Part shown: positions 7,648 to 17,794 of the stretch, piece by piece
How positions within the stretch are numbered: position 1 is the stretch's first letter
Layout of the letters: every line of letters begins with the position of its first letter
NCBI RefSeq assembly: GCF_000619845.1
Contig: NZ_JHUX01000009.1
Span: 75,019-107,018, forward strand
Direction: 5' to 3'
DNA from: Alkanindiges illinoisensis DSM 15370
GTDB taxonomy: Bacteria > Pseudomonadota > Gammaproteobacteria > Pseudomonadales > Moraxellaceae
DNA: 32,000 nucleotides
Position numbers and translations under genes: made by a program
Notes under the pieces: model-generated
The model's input: the letters and a program-made list of their open reading frames with translations, nothing else
What the model was told of the DNA's origin: nothing
Databases searched by the model: none

Positions 7648-8952
7648 ATGAAATTTTATAAAGAAAAGCTATCTCGCAGGGTGAGATGGCCGATAGGTGT
7701 GATCTGTTTTTCTCTGGTCTATGGCCAAGTCTATGCCCAGCCACTGACCTTGGATACAGCTTTGAATCTCGCTGAGCAATATGCACCTACCCTAAGAGCA
7801 AATAGCGCCCAGATTGAAGGGGCCGAGAATGTAGTTTCAGCTTCAGGGATTTTACCCAACCCTAAATTATTTGTAGGTTTAGATAATTACCCTGTATCCG
7901 GCGATGCCGCATGGTCAGTCACACGCGAAGGTATGACTATGCAGAAAATTGGCGTGATGCAAGATTTTCCAAATCGTGCCAAAAGACAAGCTGAGGTCGA
8001 TTTAGCAAAAGCTGAACTAGGTTCGGCCAATGCTCAAACTGAGATTCTGCGTATTGAGTTGCGTCAGAAAGTCGCATCTGCTTGGCTTAAGCGCTTTTAT
8101 CTTGAACGTAAATTAGCACTATACGATGAACTGTTTTCAGAGAATCGATTACTTTCTCAAATTACTCAAACACAGGTCATCTCTGGTCGTACAATCATTG
8201 CCGATGCACTTGATCCAAGACAAGAAGCCACGGTATTGCTTGACCAGAAGGATGATTTACTTCGTGATTTAAATAAAGCCAAGTTGGAGTTGCATCGGTT
8301 AGTCAGTGCAGAACCTACTGAAAATCTCTCTCAAATTGAAACCTTACCTGACCAAGCACCATCTATCTACCTTGATAGATCAAAGCTATATCATCATTTG
8401 CATCAACATCCTGAATTAAAAGCATTTCAGGCAGAAAAGCAAACTGCTGAAGCAAAACTGAAGCAAGCTCAGGCTTTACAGAAACCAGATTGGGGTATTG
8501 AACTTGCTTATCAGCATCGAGCACCCGAATTTGGCGATATGATCGGGGTGCAACTAACAACAGAGCTTCCTGTGTTTTCAAAAAGACGTAGTAGTCCACT
8601 CATTCGGGCAGCTTTAGCCGAACAAAACAGGATTACTGCCGATCAAGAAGTCCAATACCGTGACCATCTCACTATGCTAGATGATGGGTTATCCGATCTT
8701 GATGCACTTGATCAGCAAATTAGACGTGCGATGCAAACAAGTATTCCACTCGCTAAACAAAAAGTGGGTTTACAGTTGGCAAGCTATCAAGCAGGTAAAA
8801 GTAATTTATCTAATGTTATTGCTGCTCGACAAGCTCTTTTAGAACAGCGTTTGCGTCTCATTGATCTCCAACAGCAACAGGCTGTGACTAAAGCCCAACT
8901 TTATTATGCCTTTGAAGAACCGACCTTAAACCATGTTGAGGGGCAGCCATAA
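7648..8952 (+). CDS. cusC: Outer-membrane efflux protein (TolC/CusC family) of an HME-RND system
   Basis: Signal peptide, then LTLDTALNLAEQYAPTLRA, typical of the OEP family. The two-repeat architecture is present. The stop overlaps the cusB start (ATAATG). Confidence 0.85.
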   Translation: MKFYKEKLSRRVRWPIGVICFSLVYGQVYAQPLTLDTALNLAEQYAPTLRANSAQIEGAENVVSASGILPNPKLFVGLDNYPVSGDAAWSVTREGMTMQKIGVMQDFPNRAKRQAEVDLAKAELGSANAQTEILRIELRQKVASAWLKRFYLERKLALYDELFSENRLLSQITQTQVISGRTIIADALDPRQEATVLLDQKDDLLRDLNKAKLELHRLVSAEPTENLSQIETLPDQAPSIYLDRSKLYHHLHQHPELKAFQAEKQTAEAKLKQAQALQKPDWGIELAYQHRAPEFGDMIGVQLTTELPVFSKRRSSPLIRAALAEQNRITADQEVQYRDHLTMLDDGLSDLDALDQQIRRAMQTSIPLAKQKVGLQLASYQAGKSNLSNVIAARQALLEQRLRLIDLQQQQAVTKAQLYYAFEEPTLNHVEGQP

Positions 8953-10442
8953 TGTTAAGAAATAAATTAGCAGTTACTGTCATGGGCGTTGCGGTAATTA
9001 GTCTGGCTGCGGGTGGTGGCGCTGGATACTGGATTGCACATCAGAAATACAATCCTCAATCAGGTCCGCAACAGGCTGCCAAAGTGTTGTATTGGTATGA
9101 CCCAATGAAGCCTGAACAGCATTTTGATAAACCGGGGAAATCGCCATTTATGGACATGCAACTGGTTCCTAAATATGCAAATGAAAATACTACGATGACT
9201 GAAGACAGTTATCCTGCGGTTAAGATTGATCCATCCCTCCAACAAAATTTAGCCATCCGTTACGGCACAGTTGAACAGGCTGTAATTGGAAATGCCATGT
9301 TTACTAATGGCATATTACAAGCAAATGAACGGCAAACAGCTATTTTACAAACTAGAGCAAGTGGCTTTGTTCAGCGAGTGTACGGGCATGCTGTTGGAGA
9401 TATGGTGACCGAAGGAAACCCTATAGCTGATATTTCAATACCGGAATGGACTGGAGAGCAAACTGAATTTTTAGCTGTGCTCCGTACTGGAGATCGTTCC
9501 CTTATTCAAGCAAGCCGTCAACGTTTACAGCTTTTAGGAATACCACAAAATGTGATTCATCAAGTTGAGCGAACTCGTCGAGTGCAATCTAATATAACTT
9601 TGCAAGCTCCAACTAGTGGATTTATTGATTCACTAGAAGTCCGTAATGGTATGGCTTTGGCTATGGGACAAACCTTGGCCACAATTAAAGGTGTCAACCC
9701 GATTTGGCTAGAGGCAGCCGTTCCTGAAAAACAAATTGCTGAAATCAAACGAGGTATGAGTGTAGAAGCCAATTTTGCTTCTTTTTCTCAAAAAGTAGCT
9801 GGCAAAGTTATCGACATTTTGCCTACCTTAGATACAACATCAAGAACTATTAAAGTTCGGATTGAATTACCAAATCCTAGTGGTCAACTTAAGCCAGGGA
9901 TGTTTGCTTCTGTCAATATAATAAATAATCCTCAAAGCAGTTTGGTTATACCAGAGCAAGCTGTTATACGGACAGGTACTCGGAATGTTGTCATTGTAGG
10001 GCATGAGCAAGGACGTTTTGAACCTGTTGTAGTACAGTTAGGTCAAAGTGATGGCAATAAAATTGCAATTCTACAAGGGTTGAAAGCTGGTCAGAAGGTA
10101 GTAATTTCAGGGCAATTCCTGATTGATTCTGAAGCAAATTTACAAGGTGTATTGGATAAGCTGAACACTGGACAATCGATGACTTCATCCCAAGTGGTTA
10201 AGACATCAATATATCAAGGCATTGGTAAAGTTGAAAAAGTCACAGCTCAAGACATTACCATTTCACATCAGGCGATTCCTGAGTTGGGTTGGGGGGCTAT
10301 GACTATGAGCTTTAAACAACCAGTGCAACCATTTACCCAAATTCAGCAAGGCGATCAGGTCCGTTTTAGTTTTACACATGCTAGAGATACTTACGTTATT
10401 TCTGACATTTCCAAGATGTCTATGACATCTATGAAGAACTAA
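8952..10442 (+). CDS. cusB: RND periplasmic adaptor (CusB/SilB family) with a fused C-terminal CusF-like domain
   Basis: N-terminal [27 protein letters not shown] motif, then a barrel-sandwich/beta-barrel MFP core. The last ~76 aa (nt 10212-10439) read [18 protein letters not shown]..., which carries the CusF H/W/M/M metal-site pattern. Confidence 0.9.
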   Translation: MLRNKLAVTVMGVAVISLAAGGGAGYWIAHQKYNPQSGPQQAAKVLYWYDPMKPEQHFDKPGKSPFMDMQLVPKYANENTTMTEDSYPAVKIDPSLQQNLAIRYGTVEQAVIGNAMFTNGILQANERQTAILQTRASGFVQRVYGHAVGDMVTEGNPIADISIPEWTGEQTEFLAVLRTGDRSLIQASRQRLQLLGIPQNVIHQVERTRRVQSNITLQAPTSGFIDSLEVRNGMALAMGQTLATIKGVNPIWLEAAVPEKQIAEIKRGMSVEANFASFSQKVAGKVIDILPTLDTTSRTIKVRIELPNPSGQLKPGMFASVNIINNPQSSLVIPEQAVIRTGTRNVVIVGHEQGRFEPVVVQLGQSDGNKIAILQGLKAGQKVVISGQFLIDSEANLQGVLDKLNTGQSMTSSQVVKTSIYQGIGKVEKVTAQDITISHQAIPELGWGAMTMSFKQPVQPFTQIQQGDQVRFSFTHARDTYVISDISKMSMTSMKN

Positions 10443-10456
10443 ACGGGAGGACGATT

Positions 10457-13400
10457 ATGATTGCCCGTATTATTCGTTTTTCAATTGCGAATCGTGTATT
10501 TGTCCTGTTAGCCGCTTTAATTCTGGCTGCTTGGGGAACTTGGGCCGTAAAGAATACTCCGGTCGATGCATTACCAGATTTGTCTGATGTACAAGTAATT
10601 ATTCGAACTAATTTTTCTGGTCAGGCGCCACAAATTGTTGAAAATCAGGTGACCTACCCTTTAACAACAACCATGTTATCGGTACCTGGTGTTAAAACTG
10701 TTCGCGGTTATTCTTTTTTTGGTGACTCATTTGTTTATGTCATCTTTGATGAGCATACGGACCTTTACTGGGCCCGTTCTCGTGTATTGGAGTATCTAAA
10801 TCAAATTCAAGGGAAAATGCCTGCAAATGCGAAATCTTCATTGGGACCAGATGCCACTGGCGTTGGTTGGGTTTATGAATATGCATTGGTAGACCCAACA
10901 GGACAGCATGATCTTTCGGAGCTGAGAAGCATACAAGACTGGTTTTTAAAATATGAACTGAAGACATTACCTAATGTGGCTGAAGTTGCCACAATTGGGG
11001 GAATGGTTAAGCAATATCAGGTCATCTTAGACCCAAGCAAGATGGCTGCTTTAGGTGTCACACAAAACAATGTCATTGAGGCGATTCAAAAGGCTAATCA
11101 GGAAACTGGTGGTTCAGTTCTAGAAATGGCTGAAACGGAATATATGGTGCGAGCTTCTGGTTATTTAAAAACTTTAGATGATTTTCGCCAGATTCCACTA
11201 CGAACAAATAGTTTCGGTGTTCCTGTTTCTTTAGGTGATGTTGCAACTATTCAACTTGGTCCAGAAATGCGTCGTGGCATCAGTGAATTGAATGGGCAAG
11301 GTGAAACGGTTGGGGGTGTCGTGATTTTACGAGCAGGTAAAAATGCACGTGAAACGATTACTGCTGTGAAAGCGAAGCTAGCTGAATTACAACAAAGTCT
11401 ACCGAAAGGTGTACAAGTTGTTCCTGTATATGATCGCAGTCAATTGATTGATAGAGCAGTAGAAAATCTCAGCCATAAATTAATTGAAGAGTTCATTGTG
11501 GTGGCTTTAGTCTGTGGACTATTCCTCTGGCATTTACGTTCAGCAATGGTGGCTATTGTTTCTTTGCCGCTTGGGATTTTATCTGCTTTCTTGGTGATGC
11601 ATTATCAAGGGCTAAATGCCAATATCATGTCGTTGGGTGGTATTGCTATCGCGATTGGCGCTATGGTTGATGCTGCAATTGTAATGGTTGAAAATGCACA
11701 TAAGCATATCGAAACTTGGCAACACGAACATCCTGAGCAAGTCTTGGAAGCACAAGTCCGTTGGAACATCATTACACGTTCTGCCAGTGAGGTCGGGCCA
11801 ACTTTATTTTTCTGTCTACTCATCATTACCTTATCCTTCATTCCTATTTTTACTTTACAGGCACAAGAAGGTCGCTTGTTCTCACCACTGGCATTTACTA
11901 AAACCTATGCAATGGCAGCAGCAGCAGGTTTATCTATTACCTTGATTCCCGTTTTAATGGGTTATTGGATTCGAGGGAAATTACCTTCTGAACAGCGTAA
12001 TCCACTGAACCGTTTTCTGATCAAAATATACAGCCCTATGTTGGATAAGGTTTTAGCTCATCCAAAGACAATTTTACTTGGTGCATTGCTAATTTTCCTT
12101 ATTAGTCTTTTCCCTTTAACACGGTTAGGTGGGGAGTTTCTACCCAATATGGATGAAGGTGATTTACTGTATATGCCTTCAGCTTTACCGGGATTGTCCG
12201 CAGCAAAAGCTTCTGAGCTACTCCAACAGACTGATCGAATGATTAAAACCGTTCCTGAAGTTGCAACAGTATTCGGTAAAGCTGGTCGCGCTGAGTCAGC
12301 CACAGATTCTGCACCATTAGAAATGTTTGAAACCACGATTCAGTTCAAACCACGGTCTGAATGGCGTTCAGGTATGACACCTGACAAATTGATAAAAGAA
12401 CTAGATAAGGCAGTCCAAGTACCGGGTTTAACAAACATTTGGGTGCCACCTATCCGTAACCGGATTGATATGTTGGCAACTGGGGTGAAAAGTCCAATCG
12501 GGATTAAGATTTCAGCAAATGATCTGCAAGATATTGATCGGGTAGCACAGCAAATTGAACAAGTGGCTAAACAGGTGCCCGGTGTTAGTTCAGCTTTAGC
12601 TGAACGGCTCACAGGTGGTCGATATGTTGATGTCGATATTAACCGTATGCAGGCTGCGCGATATGGTCTCAATATTAAAGATGTACAGCAAATCGTCTCA
12701 TCAGCGATTGGCGGGGAAAATATTGGTGAAACTGTTGAAGGCTTGGCACGGTATCCCATTAATGTACGTTACCCACGAGAGATTCGAGATTCACTGGAAG
12801 CCTTAAGAAATTTACCGATTCTAACAGAATCTGGTCAACAAATAGTCTTGAGTAGTGTTGCTAATATTCAAATTACAGATGGGCCGCCAATGCTTAAAAG
12901 TGAGAATGCCCGTCCAAGTGGTTGGGTCTATGTCGATGTACAAGGACGTGACTTAGCTTCGGTTGTACAAGATTTGAAGCAGGCCATAGACCAAAAAGTA
13001 AAACGTTCTTCTGCCATGAGCATTAGCTATTCAGGACAGTTTGAGTTCATGGAGCGTGCGAATGCTCGCTTAAAAGTTGTTATTCCAATTACTTTGATGA
13101 TCATTTTTCTATTGCTCTATTTGATTTTTAGGCAAGTACAAGATGCTGTTCTGATTATGGCAACACTACCTTTTGCGTTGATTGGTGGTATTTGGGCTAT
13201 GTACTTGAGTGATTATCACTTTTCGGTTGCGATTGCTGTTGGTTTTATTGCACTTGCTGGTGTTGCCGCAGAGTTTGGTGTAGTCATGTTGTTCTATTTA
13301 AAGCAAGCAATTGAGCATGCACAGCAAAGCCTATCTTCTTCAACGGCATCCTTAACAGAGCAACAACTCAATGAGGCAATTCATACAGGGGCCGTGCTAC

Positions 13401-13603
13401 GTGTTCGCCCTAAAGCAATGACAGTCGCTGTCATTTTGGCGGGGTTAATCCCTATTCTGTTGGGGACTGGAACAGGTTCTGAATTAATGAGTCGTATTGC
13501 TTTACCTATGGTTGGGGGCATGATTTCAGCCCCTCTCTTATCTATGTTTGTTATCCCTGCGGCATATCAGCTTTTAATCAAAAGAAAACTATCAAAGAAT
13601 TGA
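10457..13603 (+). CDS. cusA: Heavy-metal efflux RND pump CusA (Cu(I)/Ag(I) type)
   Basis: 1048 aa with the 12-TM RND architecture and a typical HME-RND N-terminus ([18 protein letters not shown]...). Positioned in the cusC-cusB-cusA-cusF order. Confidence 0.95.
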   Translation: MIARIIRFSIANRVFVLLAALILAAWGTWAVKNTPVDALPDLSDVQVIIRTNFSGQAPQIVENQVTYPLTTTMLSVPGVKTVRGYSFFGDSFVYVIFDEHTDLYWARSRVLEYLNQIQGKMPANAKSSLGPDATGVGWVYEYALVDPTGQHDLSELRSIQDWFLKYELKTLPNVAEVATIGGMVKQYQVILDPSKMAALGVTQNNVIEAIQKANQETGGSVLEMAETEYMVRASGYLKTLDDFRQIPLRTNSFGVPVSLGDVATIQLGPEMRRGISELNGQGETVGGVVILRAGKNARETITAVKAKLAELQQSLPKGVQVVPVYDRSQLIDRAVENLSHKLIEEFIVVALVCGLFLWHLRSAMVAIVSLPLGILSAFLVMHYQGLNANIMSLGGIAIAIGAMVDAAIVMVENAHKHIETWQHEHPEQVLEAQVRWNIITRSASEVGPTLFFCLLIITLSFIPIFTLQAQEGRLFSPLAFTKTYAMAAAAGLSITLIPVLMGYWIRGKLPSEQRNPLNRFLIKIYSPMLDKVLAHPKTILLGALLIFLISLFPLTRLGGEFLPNMDEGDLLYMPSALPGLSAAKASELLQQTDRMIKTVPEVATVFGKAGRAESATDSAPLEMFETTIQFKPRSEWRSGMTPDKLIKELDKAVQVPGLTNIWVPPIRNRIDMLATGVKSPIGIKISANDLQDIDRVAQQIEQVAKQVPGVSSALAERLTGGRYVDVDINRMQAARYGLNIKDVQQIVSSAIGGENIGETVEGLARYPINVRYPREIRDSLEALRNLPILTESGQQIVLSSVANIQITDGPPMLKSENARPSGWVYVDVQGRDLASVVQDLKQAIDQKVKRSSAMSISYSGQFEFMERANARLKVVIPITLMIIFLLLYLIFRQVQDAVLIMATLPFALIGGIWAMYLSDYHFSVAIAVGFIALAGVAAEFGVVMLFYLKQAIEHAQQSLSSSTASLTEQQLNEAIHTGAVLRVRPKAMTVAVILAGLIPILLGTGTGSELMSRIALPMVGGMISAPLLSMFVIPAAYQLLIKRKLSKN

Positions 13604-13636
13604 TAGTTTTATTATTTCGTCAAAAGAGGTTTTATT

Positions 13637-14002
13637 ATGTTGAAATTTATGAAAACTGTGGCTCTTGTTGCAACCGTTGCTGCGTTAAGTGCATGTAGCA
13701 AAAATGAGGCATCAGAGCAAAAGAAAGCGGAAGCACCGATGGAGCAGATGAGTAAAGAGTCATCTACAGTTGCAACAGCTCAAGCTGTTGGTGTGATTAC
13801 TGCTATTGATACGAAAGAAAATATTCTAACACTCGACCATGAAGCAATTCCTGCAATTAAATGGCCAGCAATGACTATGGGCTTTAAAGTCGCCAACCCG
13901 GCTTTATTAAGTGGTTTAACCGTAGGAGACAAAGTTGATTTTGAATTAAAAGCAGAAGGAGAAAATTATATAGTCATCGCTGTGAAGGCTAAAAGCTCAT
14001 AA
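13637..14002 (+). CDS. cusF: CusF-like periplasmic Cu(I)/Ag(I) chaperone, predicted lipoprotein
   Basis: Lipobox LSAC, and LDHEAIPAIKWPAMTMGF matching the CusF His/Trp/Met/Met site. GAGG RBS. Confidence 0.85.
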   Translation: MLKFMKTVALVATVAALSACSKNEASEQKKAEAPMEQMSKESSTVATAQAVGVITAIDTKENILTLDHEAIPAIKWPAMTMGFKVANPALLSGLTVGDKVDFELKAEGENYIVIAVKAKSS

Positions 14003-14083
14003 TTACGTCACTATCTTATGTCTAGAATAGGCTATTGCCTAGTTATTGTTGGTTAAATAGACATAGCGTGAAAGCCCTAAGTG

Positions 14084-14125
14084 ATATGTTAAATAACCTT
14101 ATTCTTATAAAGTTATTTAACATAT
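14084..14125 (+). terminator. Hairpin with 14-bp perfect arms (ATATGTTAAATAAC ... GTTATTTAACATAT) followed by TTTTT
   Basis: Perfect inverted repeat with a 14-nt loop downstream of cusF, followed by a T-run. The arms resemble XerD half-sites (see the rejected list). Confidence 0.4.
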
Positions 14126-14286
14126 TTTTAGAAAACAAAACTCGCTGTTACCATGCGAGCACTGAGTAAGTCTTACAACGGGACTAATGACTTTATATGT
14201 TTATGCATTTGGCATGAGTAGGGCTATACACCAAATTAGCCAAATGTAATTATAGTACCTCTGGGATCAAAGCTGTTCCACACCTT

Positions 14287-14314
14287 ATTTAACATAATTA
14301 GTGTTATACGACAT
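14287..14314 (-). other. pdif-type XerC/XerD recombination site
   Basis: Plus strand reads ATTTAACATAA-TTAGTG-TTATACGACAT. The reverse complement is ATGTCGTATAA-CACTAA-TTATGTTAAAT. That is a XerC arm one mismatch from ATTTCGTATAA, a 6-nt spacer, and a perfect XerD arm TTATGTTAAAT, as in Acinetobacter plasmid pdif sites. Confidence 0.8.
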
Positions 14315-14320
14315 TAAATT

Positions 14321-15800
14321 GTAACTCCAAAATAGAAATGTCCGGTTTCTCCAAAGTAAAAATGTCCGCTTTTAGAATATGCACTTTTGCAATTTCCTTA
14401 GCGGACGGTTTGATATGTTGGTGTCTATGTCGGATAAAGAACTTAAACGATTGTCGGTCTTGCAGGAAATCTGCGATCAACGCATAACTCAATCCCAGGC
14501 TGCTCAGCTACTTCATATTTCAGAACGTCAGATCAGACGCTTACTGCAGAAATACAAAGCCCAAGGTCCAGCTGCATTAGCCCATGCCGGTCGTGGCCAA
14601 ATCAGCAATTCTAAACTTCCTGAAGAACTCAGACTCAAGTGCCTCAATATTGTTTCTGACCAACTCCATGGTTTCGGACCCACTTTAGCGCATGAAAAGC
14701 TCACCACCGTACATGGATTCGATCTTTCAGTAGAAACCCTGCGTTCTTGGATGATTGCAGCTGATTTATGGATTCCTCGCGCCAAGCGTCTGAAACGCCC
14801 GTATCAGCCTCGTTACAACCGGGACTGTTATGGTGAACTGATCCAAATTGATGGCTCACACCATGACTGGTTTGAAGGACGCGCTGCTAAATGCTGTCTG
14901 CTGGTGTTTATCGATGATGCTACAGGAAAATTGCAGCATTTACGCTTCTGTGAGTCAGAATCAACCTTTGACTATATGATTTCAACACGTTTATATGTCG
15001 AACAGCACGGTAAGCCTTTAGCGTTTTACAGCGACAAACATTCAGTCTTTAGAGTGAATCAAAGCAGCAAGAAAGACACCAAGATTACCCAGGTTGGACG
15101 TGTACTCAGCACCCTGAATATCGATATCATCTTCGCTAATTCACCGCAGGCCAAAGGCCGTGTGGAACGGGCCAACAGAACCCTTCAGGACCGTCTGATC
15201 AAGGAGATGCGCCTGAAAGGCATCTGTTCGATTGAGCAAGCTAATGTCTGGCTACCCTGCTTCATTGAGCAGTTCAATCAGAAGTTCGCCAAGATGGCTT
15301 TTAATCCTAAGAATCTACATCGGACTGTCACTGAAACAGCCGAAGAATTAGATGATATTTTTACCTGGCGTGAACCTCGCAGAGTCACGAATAGCCTGAC
15401 GATTACTTATGATAAATGCGTCTATCTGCTGGAAAATACAGAAGAAAACCAGAGTCTCATGGGTAAATACATTGAATTTCTAGAATACCCAGACGGTACG
15501 GTCGCCATTGAATATCAGGGAAGAAAAATCAATTACAGCATCTTCGATAAATTAAGTCAGCTGAACCAGCGAGAGATTGTTGAGAATAAACGTTTGAGTT
15601 CAGTCTTGGCCCATATCCAGCAACAGCATGAAGAACTGGAACAGCAAAACAAACGAAGTCGTTCTCAATCTATGCCACGTAGACGAGCACAGAAAACAGC
15701 AATTCAACAACGAAATCTGAATCCTGTGCTTGACTTGGAAATGTCTGTATAGGACATTTCTATTTGGTTATTAGGTAGGACATTTCTACTTGGGAATAAC
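14321..15800 (+). mobile_element. Intact insertion sequence, IS1202-group (ISNCY)/IS481-like, ~1.48 kb
   Basis: Terminal inverted repeats are GTAACTCCAAAATAGAAATGTCC (14321-14343) and GGACATTTCTACTTGGGAATAAC (15778-15800), matching at 19 of 23 positions. There is a second subterminal copy of the (A/G)AAATGTCC motif at each end (14351-14367 and 15752-15767). A single DDE transposase lies between them. The flanks (TAAATT / AGCCGG) show no direct repeat. Confidence 0.85.
14379..15752 (+). CDS. IS transposase (N-terminal HTH plus rve/integrase-core DDE domain)
   Basis: LSVLQEICDQRITQSQAAQLLHISERQIRRLL forms the HTH. The DDE candidates are IQIDGSHHDW, FYSDKHSVF and GRVERANRTLQDRL. The true start may be the internal Met (MLVSMSDKELK or MSDKELK). 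Confidence 0.9.
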   Translation: MHFCNFLSGRFDMLVSMSDKELKRLSVLQEICDQRITQSQAAQLLHISERQIRRLLQKYKAQGPAALAHAGRGQISNSKLPEELRLKCLNIVSDQLHGFGPTLAHEKLTTVHGFDLSVETLRSWMIAADLWIPRAKRLKRPYQPRYNRDCYGELIQIDGSHHDWFEGRAAKCCLLVFIDDATGKLQHLRFCESESTFDYMISTRLYVEQHGKPLAFYSDKHSVFRVNQSSKKDTKITQVGRVLSTLNIDIIFANSPQAKGRVERANRTLQDRLIKEMRLKGICSIEQANVWLPCFIEQFNQKFAKMAFNPKNLHRTVTETAEELDDIFTWREPRRVTNSLTITYDKCVYLLENTEENQSLMGKYIEFLEYPDGTVAIEYQGRKINYSIFDKLSQLNQREIVENKRLSSVLAHIQQQHEELEQQNKRSRSQSMPRRRAQKTAIQQRNLNPVLDLEMSV

Positions 15801-15842
15801 AGCCGGCTTAGGCTAAGTTGGGTCTTATGGTAAATCAAAGAG

Positions 15843-15865
15843 CCTGCCTGAGAAACCTGGGCAGG
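15843..15865 (-). terminator. GC-rich stem-loop terminator downstream of the deaminase gene
   Basis: CCTGCC...GGCAGG stem. On the minus strand it is followed by CTCTTTGATTT. It lies 22 bp after the stop at 15887. Confidence 0.55.
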
Positions 15866-15886
15866 TTTGGATTGAGATCAAAAAAA

Positions 15887-16882
15887 TTAACCCGTCAGCT
15901 TCCATGCTTGCCAGATCTGATCAATTTTTGCCAGCTGTCTGGCTTTTTCGGCATCACTTAGCCAGGAGGCAATAAAACTATTTCTGGCCAGTTGCACGAT
16001 ATCCTGATCAGACAGGTTGAGCGCCGTGGTGCAGGCTTTAAAGTTGTCATTCACATAACCGCCAAAGTAGGCCGGATCATCCGAGTTAATCATGACCATT
16101 AAGCCCATATCCAGCATCTGCTTTAAGGGATGTTGCTTTAGGGAAGGGAAAACTTTCAGGCGGATATTTGACAGTGGGCATACCGTCAGGGGTGTCTGGT
16201 CAGCCACCAGTTGCTTGAGCAGCTGATCATTTTCAAGGCTGCGCACGCCATGATCAATGCGCTTTACCTTCAACAGATGCAGCGCATCCAGCACATATTC
16301 AGCAGGGCCTTCTTCCCCGGCATGTGCCACACAGGGCAGGTTTAATGCCTGGCAACGCTTAAACAACTGTTCGAACTTGGCCGGTGGATGGCCCTTTTCA
16401 CTGGAATCCAGCCCGAAGCCATCTATGCCATGCAGAAAAGGCAAAGCCTGTTCGAGAATCTCAAAACCTTCCTGCTCAGTCAAATGCCTTAAAAAGCTCA
16501 TAATCAGTCTGGATGACAGGCCCCATTGTGCCTGTGCCTCATCTAATGCCTGGCGAATGCCCTGATACACGGTGGCAAACGGTACACCCCGCAAGGTATG
16601 GGTTTGCGGATCAAAAAAGATTTCCGTGTGGACGACGTGATTACTATGGACTTTTTGCAGATAAGCCCAGGTCAGGTCATAAAAATCCTGCTCGGTCAGC
16701 AACACGGCTGCACCAGCGTAATACAGGTCTAAAAAAGATTGCAGGTTATGAAAATCATAGGCGGCGCGTAACTCGTCAATACTGGCATAAGGCAAATTGA
16801 CATGATTGCGCTGGGCCAGTGCAAACATCAGTTCTGGTTCAAGCGTGCCTTCAATATGCAGATGCAGTTCGGTTTTGGGCAA
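15887..16882 (-). CDS. add: Adenosine/adenine deaminase (amidohydrolase superfamily, Pseudomonas Pa0148-like type)
   Basis: [39 protein letters not shown] and [11 protein letters not shown] are hallmark motifs. The start is a TTG, and an in-frame TAA sits 6 codons upstream, so the 5' end is uncertain or slightly shortened. Confidence 0.85.
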   Translation of the reverse strand: MPKTELHLHIEGTLEPELMFALAQRNHVNLPYASIDELRAAYDFHNLQSFLDLYYAGAAVLLTEQDFYDLTWAYLQKVHSNHVVHTEIFFDPQTHTLRGVPFATVYQGIRQALDEAQAQWGLSSRLIMSFLRHLTEQEGFEILEQALPFLHGIDGFGLDSSEKGHPPAKFEQLFKRCQALNLPCVAHAGEEGPAEYVLDALHLLKVKRIDHGVRSLENDQLLKQLVADQTPLTVCPLSNIRLKVFPSLKQHPLKQMLDMGLMVMINSDDPAYFGGYVNDNFKACTTALNLSDQDIVQLARNSFIASWLSDAEKARQLAKIDQIWQAWKLTG

Positions 16883-16953
16883 TTGTTCAATTAGTTGTTA
16901 TAGCCTGTCCTGAGTATTACTGCATTGCATGGTCATGATGCACCTATCTTAAG

Positions 16954-16992
16954 TATTTGGCTTGATTATTTGGCTTGAACATTTGGCCTGAA
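16954..16992. repeat. 13-bp tandem repeat x3 (TATTTGGCTTGAT / TATTTGGCTTGAA / CATTTGGCCTGAA)
   Basis: Read directly from the sequence. It lies 70-110 bp upstream of the deaminase start. Confidence 0.8.
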
Positions 16993-17171
16993 CAGTTAGC
17001 GCTAAGGCATGACCAGCAATTAGCCAGTATCAGGCCAGCACGCTGCTGTTTGAGTCATTATGCCTGTTTCAGTATAACCACTATGCATAGTGTAGCCCCT
17101 TTGCTGGCGTGGCATAGAGGTTGCTTCTTTTATTTCTTATAAAACACCGTGTAACGATGCAGAGCTGATCT

Positions 17172-17747
17172 CAATACCGAGGTTGGTTCATCCAGAATGA
17201 GCAGTGCCGGGTTTTGTAGCAAGCAGCGTACGATTTCTACCCGTTGCCGCTCCCCAACCGATAAACTATGGACAGTGCGTTTGGGATCAAGCGGCAGGCC
17301 ATATTTTTCCGATACCTCAATCACCCGGGCTGACAGTGCCGCCAGCTCAAATTTTCCCTCGAGTCCCAGCGCGATATTTTCCGCCACGGTCAGGGTTTCA
17401 AACAGGGAAAAATGCTGATACACCATGCCAATTCCTATGCGGCGCGCTGCTGCCGGGCTCTCAATGCTGACTGAACGGCCATTCCAGATGATTTCACCCT
17501 CATCAGCTGTGGCCGCGCCATAAATGATTTTCATCAGGGTACTTTTGCCTGCCCCGTTTTCACCCAGAACCGCATGAATTTCGCCCACCCCCACCTTTAA
17601 ACTGATATGGTCATTGGCAAGCAGCGCGTTATAGCGTTTGGTGATATTGACCAGTTCCAGACGCGGCGGTGCGTTTTCAGCAATGGGGTGCTGTGCTGTA
17701 GTAATTTCACCTATAAGCGGATTTTTAGTGCAATCAGCGCTGTTCAT
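17172..17747 (-). pseudogene. Truncated ABC transporter ATP-binding protein (N-terminal half of a duplicated-ATPase sugar/nucleoside-type importer)
   Basis: Walker A GENGAGKST, Q-loop, signature LSVGERQR and Walker B LILDEPTSVL are followed by unrelated residues RSALHRYTVFYKK and a stop. The second ATPase half expected for this family is missing. Homology is lost at about 17171/17172. Confidence 0.8.
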
Positions 17748-17794
17748 GTTTAAAACTTCTCCAACGTTCACCAGCCTTTTGCAATTGCTAAATA

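Noticed and set aside
14084-14125. Inverted pair of XerD-like half-sites (ATATGTTAAAT ... ATTTAACATAT)
   Set aside because: Neither arm has a XerC-like partner at a 6-nt spacing. The structure followed by TTTTT is better explained as the cusF terminator.
15808-15835. Possible second dif/pdif site to the right of the IS (XerD-like TTATGGTAAAT)
   Set aside because: Only the XerD-like arm is convincing (10/11). The 11-mer at the XerC position (TTAGGCTAAGT) does not resemble ATTTCG(C/T)ATAA. It is treated as a lone half-site.
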